Assembly (NCBI GenBank): GCA_016211195.1
Contig: JACQSS010000016.1
Location: 3,475 to 27,474 of the forward strand
DNA length: 24,000 nt
Direction of reading: 5' to 3'
Source: Candidatus Woesearchaeota archaeon
GTDB lineage: Archaea; Nanobdellota; Nanobdellia; Woesearchaeales; JAGVYF01
Numbering within the stretch: position 1 is the stretch's first letter; each line of letters begins with the position of its first letter. A program made the translations under genes and the position numbers. The notes under the pieces were generated by a model. The model worked only from the letters and a program-made list of their open reading frames with translations, had not been told where the DNA came from and did no database searches. Positions 6,958 to 15,094 of the stretch are shown piece after piece.

Positions 6958-7754
6958 GACAGTTCCCCGGACTCAATGAATGCGACGCGATCGGGCAAGT
7001 CGTATTCAATTGTTCCTGTCTTTGGCACTTCTCTGAATTCGGTCGCTGAAATTTTATCATGGCGGGTAAAGCCATAATCCACGCGCATGGTGACGCTCGC
7101 CAACAATTCCCGGCCCGGCACTGTCTGTAAGGCTAAAGGAATATCGAAAACGCGGGGCTGACGCAATTCCTTCAAGAAGACATTATTGAGCCGCTTCTCA
7201 GCCAGCCTATCTTTGGAAAAGAAACTGATTTGATAGACCTCCAAGCCTCGGTCTGGAGCAACATCCTGCGCTAACTCGATGAGCTGCAGCGTGACACTGA
7301 ACTTGTCTTTCTTCTTCAAGTCCATGGGTTCGGTGTAATCAACCTTTATCTTCATCTTGCCGAATGCAGTCTCCCGTTCTACTTCCCGTAACTGGCGCGG
7401 TGTTTGGACCTTGACACCGATCGTGCATTTTCTGGTTGTATCATCGCAAAACAAGGTAAGGACTTTTGCATCTTCTGGTTTCTGGCCTGGCTTTTCAACT
7501 TTATACTTCCCTTCGCATTTCGGTGTCTTGCAATCCTCTGGGCAACTGCAGACACTCTCCTCAGCAGTTTTCTCGCACAGACCATTGCCGCATTCCTTGG
7601 GGATGGGTGAATAGGTACATTTCCCGTCAACGCAGGCCGCCTTCTGGTGCTCTTTCTGTGAGCAGTCCGTAACAGATGTACATTCCGGTGCTTCGCAACC
7701 CATGATGAGAAAAGCAAGCGCAACAATCACCAGAAGAATATATCGGCTCACCAT
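6954..7754 (-). CDS. Cysteine-rich secreted or lipoprotein-like surface protein
   Basis: Has an N-terminal signal or anchor ending in the lipobox-like LIMGC. A Cys-dense module follows, including ECGNGLCEKTAEESVCSCPEDC. Start is set to ATG 7754 (GGTGGGAG SD upstream), with ATG 7775 as an alternative. Confidence 0.6.
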   Translation of the reverse strand: MVSRYILLVIVALAFLIMGCEAPECTSVTDCSQKEHQKAACVDGKCTYSPIPKECGNGLCEKTAEESVCSCPEDCKTPKCEGKYKVEKPGQKPEDAKVLTLFCDDTTRKCTIGVKVQTPRQLREVERETAFGKMKIKVDYTEPMDLKKKDKFSVTLQLIELAQDVAPDRGLEVYQISFFSKDRLAEKRLNNVFLKELRQPRVFDIPLALQTVPGRELLASVTMRVDYGFTRHDKISATEFREVPKTGTIEYDLPDRVAFIESGELS

Positions 7755-7796
7755 CTCATCTCCCACCACAGCCATAATTATAAGCCTTTTGGTGAG

Positions 7797-8012
7797 TTAC
7801 TTGAAGACTTCATACTCTTTCACGATGATAATCATGAAGATGAAGAGGACGACTGCACCGGCAATCATGTAATAAAGACCGTCTGCCACATTGTCTCCGC
7901 TCAGCATGAAGTAGAGTCCAAATGCCATGATGCCAAAACCGAGCCAGAGAAATTTGTCCAGCACCAGTTTCATAATCTCAAATTCCTGTTGTTGGGACAT
8001 GCGTCGTTTCAT
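7797..8012 (-). CDS. Small two-TM membrane protein (71 aa)
   Basis: Two hydrophobic helices (FLWLGFGIMAFGLYFML and YYMIAGAVVLFIFMIIIV). ATG 8012 is preceded by GGTGATC. The ORF-track start at 8021 is a GTG. Confidence 0.55.
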   Translation of the reverse strand: MKRRMSQQQEFEIMKLVLDKFLWLGFGIMAFGLYFMLSGDNVADGLYYMIAGAVVLFIFMIIIVKEYEVFK

Positions 8013-8022
8013 TGTGATCACC

Positions 8023-8574
8023 TTATGCCGTCACCTTTAGGAAGAATTGTTTAGTGTCGTACACAGGCTTATCTTCTCCTCGTTCACCGAGCTGATCCAA
8101 GGTCACATCAATATTCGCCTTGTGCACCATCACCGTACAGATATAGACACCGCTTTCAAGCCCGTTTTCAGTGAGAATAATCTTATATCCCTTGGCTTCA
8201 CTTGCTTTAGTTGTCTGTGCTGGAGAAGTTATTATAGGTCTCTTATCGGCATCGATTGTCTCCCCATCCTCATCCTGACAAATAGCCATAGAAAATCTGG
8301 CGTTGACTGCAGGATAATCGTTCTTGTTATAGTAGCCAACGCTTAGCGTCTGCTTGCCATTCCTCGTAATGGAGACTGTGTCAGAAATGGTTATGGGATT
8401 ATCCGGCGTCGGTTTTGCCTCCAATTCCGTCAGTGGAATCACGGACTCTGCCCGCTCACCGGCAAACTTGAAGATGCTTCTCGTGAGTGTCAAAGCAAGA
8501 CCGAGAACAACGAATGAGATGACGACAATGACAATAGCATTGACAGAAAGTGCTAAGTCCCCTTTCTTATTCAT
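8023..8574 (-). CDS. Archaeal type IV pilin-like protein (class III signal peptide)
   Basis: N-terminus is MNKKG/DLALSVNAIVIVVISFVVLGLAL. ATG 8574 has a GAGGTG SD 6 nt upstream. The ORF-track start at 8583 is a GTG. Confidence 0.7.
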   Translation of the reverse strand: MNKKGDLALSVNAIVIVVISFVVLGLALTLTRSIFKFAGERAESVIPLTELEAKPTPDNPITISDTVSITRNGKQTLSVGYYNKNDYPAVNARFSMAICQDEDGETIDADKRPIITSPAQTTKASEAKGYKIILTENGLESGVYICTVMVHKANIDVTLDQLGERGEDKPVYDTKQFFLKVTA

Positions 8575-8617
8575 GCGATACACCTCTTTTGCACTGTGTC
8601 TCTCTACAGCTTCGAGC

Positions 8618-8648
8618 TTTATAAACCTTTTGGTGAATGCTTTTATAG
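8618..8648. promoter_or_regulatory. Divergent promoter pair: TTTATAAA (8618-8625) for the pilin-like operon and TTTTATAG (8641-8648) for the 8671 gene
   Basis: The second TATA lies 22 nt before ATG 8671. The first is palindromic and lies about 44 nt before ATG 8574, leaving room for the SD-containing leader. Confidence 0.45.
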
Positions 8649-8670
8649 GAGGACTGCTGCAGATTCGCGC

Positions 8671-9213
8671 ATGGAATGGCAGGATAGGTGCTTCTCATGG
8701 ATGTATCTCCATACGATCTACCTTGCAGCACCGTCACGCCGCAGACGGCTTGAAGAGGAGCTGATGCGGCTGGAAAAAGACTATGGTGAAGGAGACCGAC
8801 AATTGTCCCTCTGTGAATTATGCAAGCCGGTCATCCCCTGCCTCTTTGTTGACAAGCACACTATCGGCTTCAGCGACAAGCAGTATTATTTCGCATCGTT
8901 CGAGGTACGGCTGACGAACATTCCCGTGATTCTGGAAAAGGCATATCAGCGACTGGCTGACAACATCCGGACAGTGGCACCGCATGAATTGGTCAGTGTC
9001 CGTAATGCAGAAGCTATGCTGCCCCTTAACAAATTTGACCGGGGTATCATGGTCTGCCAGGAGTGCAAGGCGACTCCCTTGGAACCATTCCTTTTTTCCT
9101 ATGTCAAAAAAGCAGTATTTAATCTTTCACCAAATCTGAGCATTACCCGGAAAGATGTTTCTATTGTGCCAATCAGAACAATACCACATTATTCGCCACA
9201 GATGTATCAATGA
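8671..9213 (+). CDS. Hypothetical protein with two CxxC pairs (possible zinc-binding)
   Basis: Contains CELC and CQEC about 95 residues apart. I set the start to the first ATG (8671), 22 nt after a TATA. The ORF-track start at 8596 is a GTG inside the promoter region. Confidence 0.5.
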   Translation: MEWQDRCFSWMYLHTIYLAAPSRRRRLEEELMRLEKDYGEGDRQLSLCELCKPVIPCLFVDKHTIGFSDKQYYFASFEVRLTNIPVILEKAYQRLADNIRTVAPHELVSVRNAEAMLPLNKFDRGIMVCQECKATPLEPFLFSYVKKAVFNLSPNLSITRKDVSIVPIRTIPHYSPQMYQ

Positions 9214-9331
9214 ACCACTTTCTGCGGGACGTGAGGTACTTTTTGATAGATACCGTGTAGAGAACTACGACGAGCGCGAAGCGAGAGTACTGCTCTAACC
9301 CAAGTGAGCGTAGCCTCTTCAAGGGCTGCCC

Positions 9332-9495
9332 GGTCCCATTGAAAAGTTCCTCTGCTTGCGCTCCGTGGCCATCGGTTCGCATGTGCTTTTGCCTGTTAAT
9401 GGCAAAAAATCCTCTTGGAATCCCCTTTTTGCTTGCAAGAGAAGGAAGCCAATACTCACATAATTGATGGTCACCATGAACTTTTCAATGCGACC
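9332..9495 (+). mobile_element. MITE copy 2 (164 bp), flanked by the perfect 8-bp direct repeat GGCTGCCC (9324-9331 and 9496-9503)
   Basis: Left end is GGTCCCATTGAAAAGTTCC. The reverse-complemented right end is GGTCGCATTGAAAAGTTC, matching 17 of 18. It has the same length and orientation as copy 1. Confidence 0.88.
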
Positions 9496-9508
9496 GGCTG
9501 CCCAAAAC

Positions 9509-9516
9509 ATTTATGA
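9509..9516 (+). promoter_or_regulatory. TATA box (ATTTATGA), promoter of the 9539 gene
   Basis: Lies 22 nt upstream of ATG 9539 and is preceded by the purine-rich AAAAC. Confidence 0.4.
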
Positions 9517-9538
9517 ATGGATCATGAACATTGTTCTT

Positions 9539-10747
9539 ATGGCCGATTGGGATCCACGGGATTTAGAAAAAAGGAATTTGGAGGCTTATATTCTGGCGAA
9601 TGGCCCAATGGGGTTAGTACAAGGTTTGTTTTATAGGGATGATGCCATTGCACGAGTACTGGCAGAACAAAGTCATCCTGGACACGAACCTCTCAAGAAA
9701 TCTTTAATGGATGTCCTTATCGGTGAAAACCCTGCTATGTACCTTAAGAAGCAGGCTGTTGCTGCATCGGTGGATGCAATCCCGCCAAAAGCAGAGCATG
9801 GATTTCTACCGGTGGCCGTTAAAGCATCTGCTGGAATGGACCAACAAATAGCAGCGGTTAGATTTTTGGCCCCACTGTCAGCTCATAATGATGCTGTTTA
9901 TCACCGTCTTTGGAAAGTTGCTCGAGGGGATACCTCTCAAATGATAAATGTGCGTAACGCTGCCATGAAGTCATTATCGTATCAGGCATTTCCTGCCAGA
10001 AAACGCGACCTAAAACAAGTTGCGCTTAATCCGACTCGTAAAGATGTGGACAGAATTCTTGCCTATAAGATCATGGCCGGAGCCGCAATGTTTACTGACC
10101 CGGAAGTTTATGGGCTTGTTTGTAAAATTGCTTCAGATGAAAGCATAAGGGAATTATATAAAAAGCGAAGAATTTTAGCACCATCTGCGCGATTCTGGTT
10201 TACCGCTGATATGAAGCTTAGAAGAGAATATCCAGATCAACATCGGGATGGAAAAAGCGAGGCCGAAGTTAAATTCGCTGTCGTTGAAAAAGTGCAGAAG
10301 GAATTTCAGGAAAGTTTGTTTGAGGTCATTAATCATGTTTTGGAAGCAACGTACTGCGTAGATTTACACAATAATGTCGTGGTTATGAACGGACTTCAAA
10401 ATGGCTTTCCCCATACATCTCAAACTTTAACAAAAGAACTTTGTCGCCTAATTGTACAAGATCCATCCTATCACGTACAGAATCTCTGCAAATATGCAGA
10501 AAAGATGAGAGCGATTTCTAAACAAGAGGCGGAACATATTGTAGAGACACTTGAGCAAGTGAAACCACATTTTGAAAGGGTTGACCACGCTAGCCGAAGC
10601 TGGATTGATGTGACTCTTAACGAAGTTACGTATCGATTACGCAAAAAAGAAGATGGTTACATGGATAGACTCTACCTTGATAAGATCTGGAAAGGTGAAT
10701 TAACCCCAGAGCAAATCATTTCTTCAAGACAAATTTACCAGATTTGA
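9539..10747 (+). CDS. Hypothetical protein (402 aa), N-terminal HEAT/ARM-like repeats possible, low-GC gene
   Basis: Long clean ORF. The start at 9539 fits the TATA spacing, whereas the ORF-track ATGs at 9464-9488 lie inside the MITE. The VRNAAMKSLS and QIAAVRFLAPL stretches are HEAT-like. Two 60-nt lines inside the gene give 37% GC by spot count. Confidence 0.6.
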   Translation: MADWDPRDLEKRNLEAYILANGPMGLVQGLFYRDDAIARVLAEQSHPGHEPLKKSLMDVLIGENPAMYLKKQAVAASVDAIPPKAEHGFLPVAVKASAGMDQQIAAVRFLAPLSAHNDAVYHRLWKVARGDTSQMINVRNAAMKSLSYQAFPARKRDLKQVALNPTRKDVDRILAYKIMAGAAMFTDPEVYGLVCKIASDESIRELYKKRRILAPSARFWFTADMKLRREYPDQHRDGKSEAEVKFAVVEKVQKEFQESLFEVINHVLEATYCVDLHNNVVVMNGLQNGFPHTSQTLTKELCRLIVQDPSYHVQNLCKYAEKMRAISKQEAEHIVETLEQVKPHFERVDHASRSWIDVTLNEVTYRLRKKEDGYMDRLYLDKIWKGELTPEQIISSRQIYQI

Positions 10748-10782
10748 TAGCGCGAAGTCATGGTATGGAAAACCCGGAATAA

Positions 10783-11775
10783 TTACTTGAGCAGTTGCTG
10801 CACAGCGCGACACAACTGCTCTTTCCGTTCAAGAGGAAGACGTGACCCATAGAGCTGGACAACTTCTGCCGCAAGATATGACCCGACACGAGCCGCCTTC
10901 TCGAGCAGCGCTCCATGAAGGTAAGCATGCAGGAAGCCGGCAGCATACATGTCTCCTGCGCCCGTTGTATCAACAGCAGCAACACGGTAAGCTGGGACGT
11001 GTACAACAAAGCCTTGATGGGCGACATAGGAGCCGTTTGCTCCATCTTTCACCACAGCGATAGGTGCATATGTACCCAAGATCTTTGCGGCATCAGCAGG
11101 GTTCTCATTATCTGTGTAGGCGACTGCTTCGTCCTTGTTGGCAAAGACGATGGTTGCAAATTCTGTCAGCACCCGTGCAAGCAATGATTTGTTTCGCCGG
11201 ACAAGATGCGCATCGGCGAGGTCGACAGAGACCGGTTTTCCGTGGTTCTTTGCAATGCCCATTGCGTACAACGCCGTGGCTTGCAGCCGTGGCTCTTCGA
11301 GCTGATAGCCTGTCAGGTGCAACAACCGGCTCTGTTCAAGGTTCCCGGTCACTAAATCAGTCTGCTGCAGTGAGAGGCACGCACCGAGGTATGTCAGCAT
11401 GGTACGTTGCGCATCATCTGTGATAATGCTCATGCAGCTACCTGTCATGTCCTCTGCCCGCACAAGGTCAGGGAAAACACCATATGATCGGAGGTCCTGT
11501 TCAAAGAGTGCCCCATCTGCATCGTTGCCTGCCTTGCCCGCATAGACCACCCTGTTTCCCAAAAGACTCAGGCCGACAAGCGTATTTGCCGTCGAGTCAC
11601 CGGCAGACTTCTTGAATGCATGATACTGCAGATGCTGCTTGACCAGCGTTGCTGTATCAAAACCGATGAGCGACATACTGCCTTTCTGGACATTGAACGT
11701 CTCCAAGACTGTTTCATCGGCTGACACGATGACATCAATCAATGGATTCCCTATACCGAAGACATCGTATTTCAT
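10783..11775 (-). CDS. PfkB-family kinase, adenosine-kinase-like
   Basis: Has the N-terminal FGIGNPLIDV and the C-terminal PfkB signature DTTGAGDMYAAGFL, at 330 aa. A TATA (TATATATA, 11799-11806) lies 23 nt upstream of the ATG. Confidence 0.85.
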   Translation of the reverse strand: MKYDVFGIGNPLIDVIVSADETVLETFNVQKGSMSLIGFDTATLVKQHLQYHAFKKSAGDSTANTLVGLSLLGNRVVYAGKAGNDADGALFEQDLRSYGVFPDLVRAEDMTGSCMSIITDDAQRTMLTYLGACLSLQQTDLVTGNLEQSRLLHLTGYQLEEPRLQATALYAMGIAKNHGKPVSVDLADAHLVRRNKSLLARVLTEFATIVFANKDEAVAYTDNENPADAAKILGTYAPIAVVKDGANGSYVAHQGFVVHVPAYRVAAVDTTGAGDMYAAGFLHAYLHGALLEKAARVGSYLAAEVVQLYGSRLPLERKEQLCRAVQQLLK

Positions 11776-11798
11776 TGTTCAGCCCGGGGAAGCGCTGG

Positions 11799-11839
11799 TA
11801 TATATAGATTCGGCCTCCCGGCGAAGTAAAGTTTATAAA
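11799..11839. promoter_or_regulatory. Divergent promoter pair: TATATATA (11799-11806, minus-strand gene) and TTTATAAA (11832-11839, rpl10e)
   Basis: Each TATA lies 23 nt from its ATG (11775 and 11863). Confidence 0.5.
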
Positions 11840-11862
11840 GCAATCCAGAAATCACCTTACAC

Positions 11863-12393
11863 ATGGCAAAAATCCGCAAGGCAGTCGCGTACCGGAAGCT
11901 GGAACGACCATATACACGGATTTCAAAGTTCCGAGAAAAGAATTATGTCCGTGTCCGGCCGCACAGCGTCATTTCACGGTTTGATAATGGGGAGACAAAG
12001 AAGGACGTCTACCTGTATCCGCTCGTCGTGGACCTCATCTCAAAAAAGGCGTTGCAGATCCGCCATAATGCAATTGAAAGTGCCAGACAAACCAGCAACA
12101 GATTGCTGGAGAAGGAAATCGGCAAGACTGGCTGGCATCTTAAAATCCGTGTTTATCCCCACCATGTTCTCCGTGAAAATCCATTGGCATCCGGAGCAGG
12201 TGCAGACCGTATGAGTACGGGAATGCAGGCTAGCTTTGGCAAGCCTATCAGCAGTGCTGCGCAGGTCCATGAGGGACAACCAGTCATGACGCTCGGCATC
12301 ACCAAAGACAAATTTGAAGTCGCGAAAAAGGCATTACGCCGTGCTGCATCAAAGTTGCCATGCACCTGCCAGATTGTTGTTGCACGGTCGTAA
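11863..12393 (+). CDS. rpl10e: 50S ribosomal protein uL16 (L10e)
   Basis: The N-terminus AYRKLERPYTRISKFREKNYVRV and the core GADRMSTGMQASFGKP are typical of archaeal L10e, at 176 aa. Confidence 0.9.
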   Translation: MAKIRKAVAYRKLERPYTRISKFREKNYVRVRPHSVISRFDNGETKKDVYLYPLVVDLISKKALQIRHNAIESARQTSNRLLEKEIGKTGWHLKIRVYPHHVLRENPLASGAGADRMSTGMQASFGKPISSAAQVHEGQPVMTLGITKDKFEVAKKALRRAASKLPCTCQIVVARS

Positions 12394-12436
12394 ACTTCTG
12401 GGAATCTTAATATAGCAAAATGCACTGACAGAGAGC

Positions 12437-12949
12437 ATGCTCACATTATGCACCATCGCGGCGGAGGTCGCTGCATGCAGGAAATGCCCGCTCTATAAGC
12501 ATGCATTGCACGGTGTCCCGGGAGAGGGCCCGGAGACTGCAAGCATTATGCTCGTCGGGCAGGCACCCGGTCGAATGGAAGATAAAACCGGAAAACCATT
12601 CATGGGATTGGCTGGCCAGTTTCTGACAGCGCAGTTACAGCAGCTCGGTATCAAACGGCAGGATGTTTTTATTACATCGGTCGTCAAGCATTACCCGCCG
12701 GAGAACAGGATGCCGACCAAAACAGAAATTGCTGCTTGCCTGCCATACCTTATCGAGCAGGTACATCATATCAATCCAAAGGTTGTTGTCCTCATGGGAA
12801 AAATCGCACAAGCGCTTCGGACACATCCAGCCATGCGTGGACGTGTCATCGTAGAAGTACCCCATCCTGCTGCTGCGCGCCGTTTCCCTGAACAACGAAG
12901 AATATTCCAAAAGAAGATAAAACAGTTAGCCAAGTACTGCCCGCCGTAG
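12437..12949 (+). CDS. udg: Uracil-DNA glycosylase, family 4
   Basis: Carries CRKCPL (Fe-S cysteines), GEGPETASIMLVGQAPGRMEDKTGKPFMGLAGQFL and HPAAARR. The TATA TTAATATA lies 22 nt before the ATG. Confidence 0.85.
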   Translation: MLTLCTIAAEVAACRKCPLYKHALHGVPGEGPETASIMLVGQAPGRMEDKTGKPFMGLAGQFLTAQLQQLGIKRQDVFITSVVKHYPPENRMPTKTEIAACLPYLIEQVHHINPKVVVLMGKIAQALRTHPAMRGRVIVEVPHPAAARRFPEQRRIFQKKIKQLAKYCPP

Positions 12950-13276
12950 CATATACACTCCGCCTGATACAGCAAGATACGGCACGACAAAGGCCGCAAC
13001 ATTTTCAGGCCCTTTTTCCAGATACAGTTTCTTGGTCCTATCAGGCGAATCCTGGCCTGCGTACCGCAGCACCATCCAATCCACTGTTGGGAAAATCGCA
13101 CCAAACCACATGCCAGCCCACAGCGTCGCGTCAACTGGGTCTGGCGGGGCATATGCAGTCAGACCATTGATGCCACCGAACACTGCACCGAAGCAAGCAC
13201 AGAATATGTTACCATTACGACTCAAAAATTCGTTGCCGGACCTTTTTGCGTCATCAAGTAAATCGTCAAGACCCAT
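12926..13276 (-). CDS. Hypothetical membrane protein (116 aa)
   Basis: Hydrophobic segments are IFCACFGAVFGGINGL, WAGMWFGAIFPTV and AAFVVPYLAVSGGVYML. ATG 13276 is preceded by GTGGGTGATC. Its 3' end overlaps udg convergently by 24 nt. Confidence 0.5.
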   Translation of the reverse strand: MGLDDLLDDAKRSGNEFLSRNGNIFCACFGAVFGGINGLTAYAPPDPVDATLWAGMWFGAIFPTVDWMVLRYAGQDSPDRTKKLYLEKGPENVAAFVVPYLAVSGGVYMLRRAVLG

Positions 13277-13361
13277 ATGATCACCCACACTCACCACCCC
13301 CAGGTTTTATTTAAGCCTACCGGTACGAATCTTTATAAATAATTCACTACCACTCGGTTGC

Positions 13362-15035
13362 ATGTCTTTTTATGATGAGCTCTTTTGCACGCTGAAGGAA
13401 AAACCATTGCCCAAGCAACAACTCTCCCTGTTCAAGATGGAGCTTGCAAAGAAATACAAACTGGCAAAAGTGCCCACAGACATTGATATCTATCTCCATG
13501 CACCAGCAGCAGATGCACACTATTTCAAGTCTATCCTGCTGACAAAGCCGGTACGGAGCATTTCTGGTGTGACACCAGTTGCCGTCATGAGCAAGCCATA
13601 TCCATGCCCTCATGGACGATGCACATTCTGCCCGGGAGGACCCGGGAGCGTCTTTGGTGATGTACCTCAAAGTTACACAGGCAAGGAGCCGGCAACGATG
13701 CGTGGCATCCGCGCAGGATATGACCCCTACATGCAGGTCTTCAATCGGCTTGAGCAATACATTGTCACTGGTCACGCCCCGGAGAAGTGTGACGTTATTA
13801 TCATGGGAGGCACTTTCCCTTCCTATCCGCGGGACTATCAAGAAGATTTTGCACTGCATGTTTTCAAGGCAATGAATGACTTTTCAGCTCTTTTTTTTCC
13901 ACAAGGTGTTTTTGATTTCTCGGCATTTAGGGAATTCTTTCTTCTGCCCGGCGATGTACATGATGCATTGCGCACCAAAGCAGTTCAAGAGCGTATCATG
14001 CAATGTAAACGTGGCATAACCACACTGAAAGCAGAACAGGAGAGGAACGAAGAAGCGGCCATCAGATGCATCGGTATGACGATTGAAACAAAGCCGGATT
14101 GGGGATCCGCAGACATAGGTAATTGGCTCCTGCATCTTGGCTGCACACGTGTTGAACTGGGCATCCAGAGTGTTTATGATGAGCCACTTGCGCTCACAAA
14201 CAGGGGACATACGACAACTGATTCTATGCGCGCCATGAAAGAACTCCGTGATCTTGGATTCAAGCTCAATGGACATTACATGCTCGGGCTGCCCGGCGTG
14301 ACAAAGGAGATGGAAGAGAAAGGATTGCATGAGCTTTTTGATAATCCAGCCTACAGGCCGGACATGCTCAAATTGTACCCATGCATGGTTATGCCCGGCA
14401 CAGCACTCTTTGCACAATGGACGGCTGGGAGATATATGCCGCTCTCAACAGAGCAGGCTGCAGAAATGATTGCACATTTCAAACCGTCCATTCCTGAATA
14501 TTGCCGCATCATGCGCGTGCAGCGTGATATCCCGACATACAGGACGACTGCTGGAGTTGACAGGACAAACCTCCGGCAATACATTGAGCACGTCCTTCAG
14601 CGGGAAAGACTCAGGTGCAGATGCATCCGGTGCAGGGAAGTGGGACATCGCAGAGACCTGTCCGGCGCCGAGATAGTCATGCGTTCTTATGAGGCCGGTG
14701 GAGGCATGGAGCATTTCATCTCCGCTGAAGCACAGGACACATTGCTTGGTTTCTGCAGGGTCCGTTTTCCATCGACACAGCTTCGGGATGAGATAACGAC
14801 GGAGACTGCACTCATCAGAGAACTCCATGTGTATGGACACGCGCTTGGACTTGGACAGCAGGGTGACGTGCAGCATAAGGGCTGGGGGAAAGAACTGCTG
14901 AAAAAAGCAGAGGAGCTTGCCCTCAGCAAGGGCAAAAAGAAGATAGTTGTCATCAGCGGCGTCGGGGTCAGGAGATACTATCAAAAGCTCGGCTACAGCA
15001 GGGAAGGCCCCTACATGGTCAAGCAGATGGTATGA
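13362..15035 (+). CDS. elp3: Elp3, a tRNA uridine(34) modification radical-SAM/GNAT enzyme
   Basis: Has the radical-SAM cysteine cluster CPHGRCTFCPGG, the Elp3 core (GGTFPSYP, RVELGIQS) and the C-terminal GNAT motif QHKGWGKELL, at 557 aa. Confidence 0.93.
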   Translation: MSFYDELFCTLKEKPLPKQQLSLFKMELAKKYKLAKVPTDIDIYLHAPAADAHYFKSILLTKPVRSISGVTPVAVMSKPYPCPHGRCTFCPGGPGSVFGDVPQSYTGKEPATMRGIRAGYDPYMQVFNRLEQYIVTGHAPEKCDVIIMGGTFPSYPRDYQEDFALHVFKAMNDFSALFFPQGVFDFSAFREFFLLPGDVHDALRTKAVQERIMQCKRGITTLKAEQERNEEAAIRCIGMTIETKPDWGSADIGNWLLHLGCTRVELGIQSVYDEPLALTNRGHTTTDSMRAMKELRDLGFKLNGHYMLGLPGVTKEMEEKGLHELFDNPAYRPDMLKLYPCMVMPGTALFAQWTAGRYMPLSTEQAAEMIAHFKPSIPEYCRIMRVQRDIPTYRTTAGVDRTNLRQYIEHVLQRERLRCRCIRCREVGHRRDLSGAEIVMRSYEAGGGMEHFISAEAQDTLLGFCRVRFPSTQLRDEITTETALIRELHVYGHALGLGQQGDVQHKGWGKELLKKAEELALSKGKKKIVVISGVGVRRYYQKLGYSREGPYMVKQMV

Positions 15036-15094
15036 AATTATTTTCTGGGAGGACTCAGGCAAAGTATTAAATCCCATTGCACCATCATATTTCC

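Noticed and set aside
9214-9323. The 110-nt GC-richer stretch between the 8671 gene and MITE copy 2 (GAGCGCGAAGCGAGAG...) as a possible ncRNA.
   Set aside because: Apart from an oligo-T tract right after the stop codon, I could find no convincing stem-loop architecture, C/D or H/ACA boxes, or repeat elsewhere in the window. It is left unannotated.
9464-9538. ATG codons at 9464, 9467, 9476, 9488 and 9524 as starts of the 9539 gene.
   Set aside because: The first four lie inside the MITE. ATG 9524 is only 7 nt from the TATA box, whereas 9539 fits the 22-nt leaderless spacing.
15071-15082. ATCCCATTGCACC resembles the MITE left terminus (TCCCATTGAAAAG), so it could be a solo TIR.
   Set aside because: Only about 8 nt match, there is no partner end or TSD, and it sits between a TATA and its ATG. 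It is most likely a coincidence.
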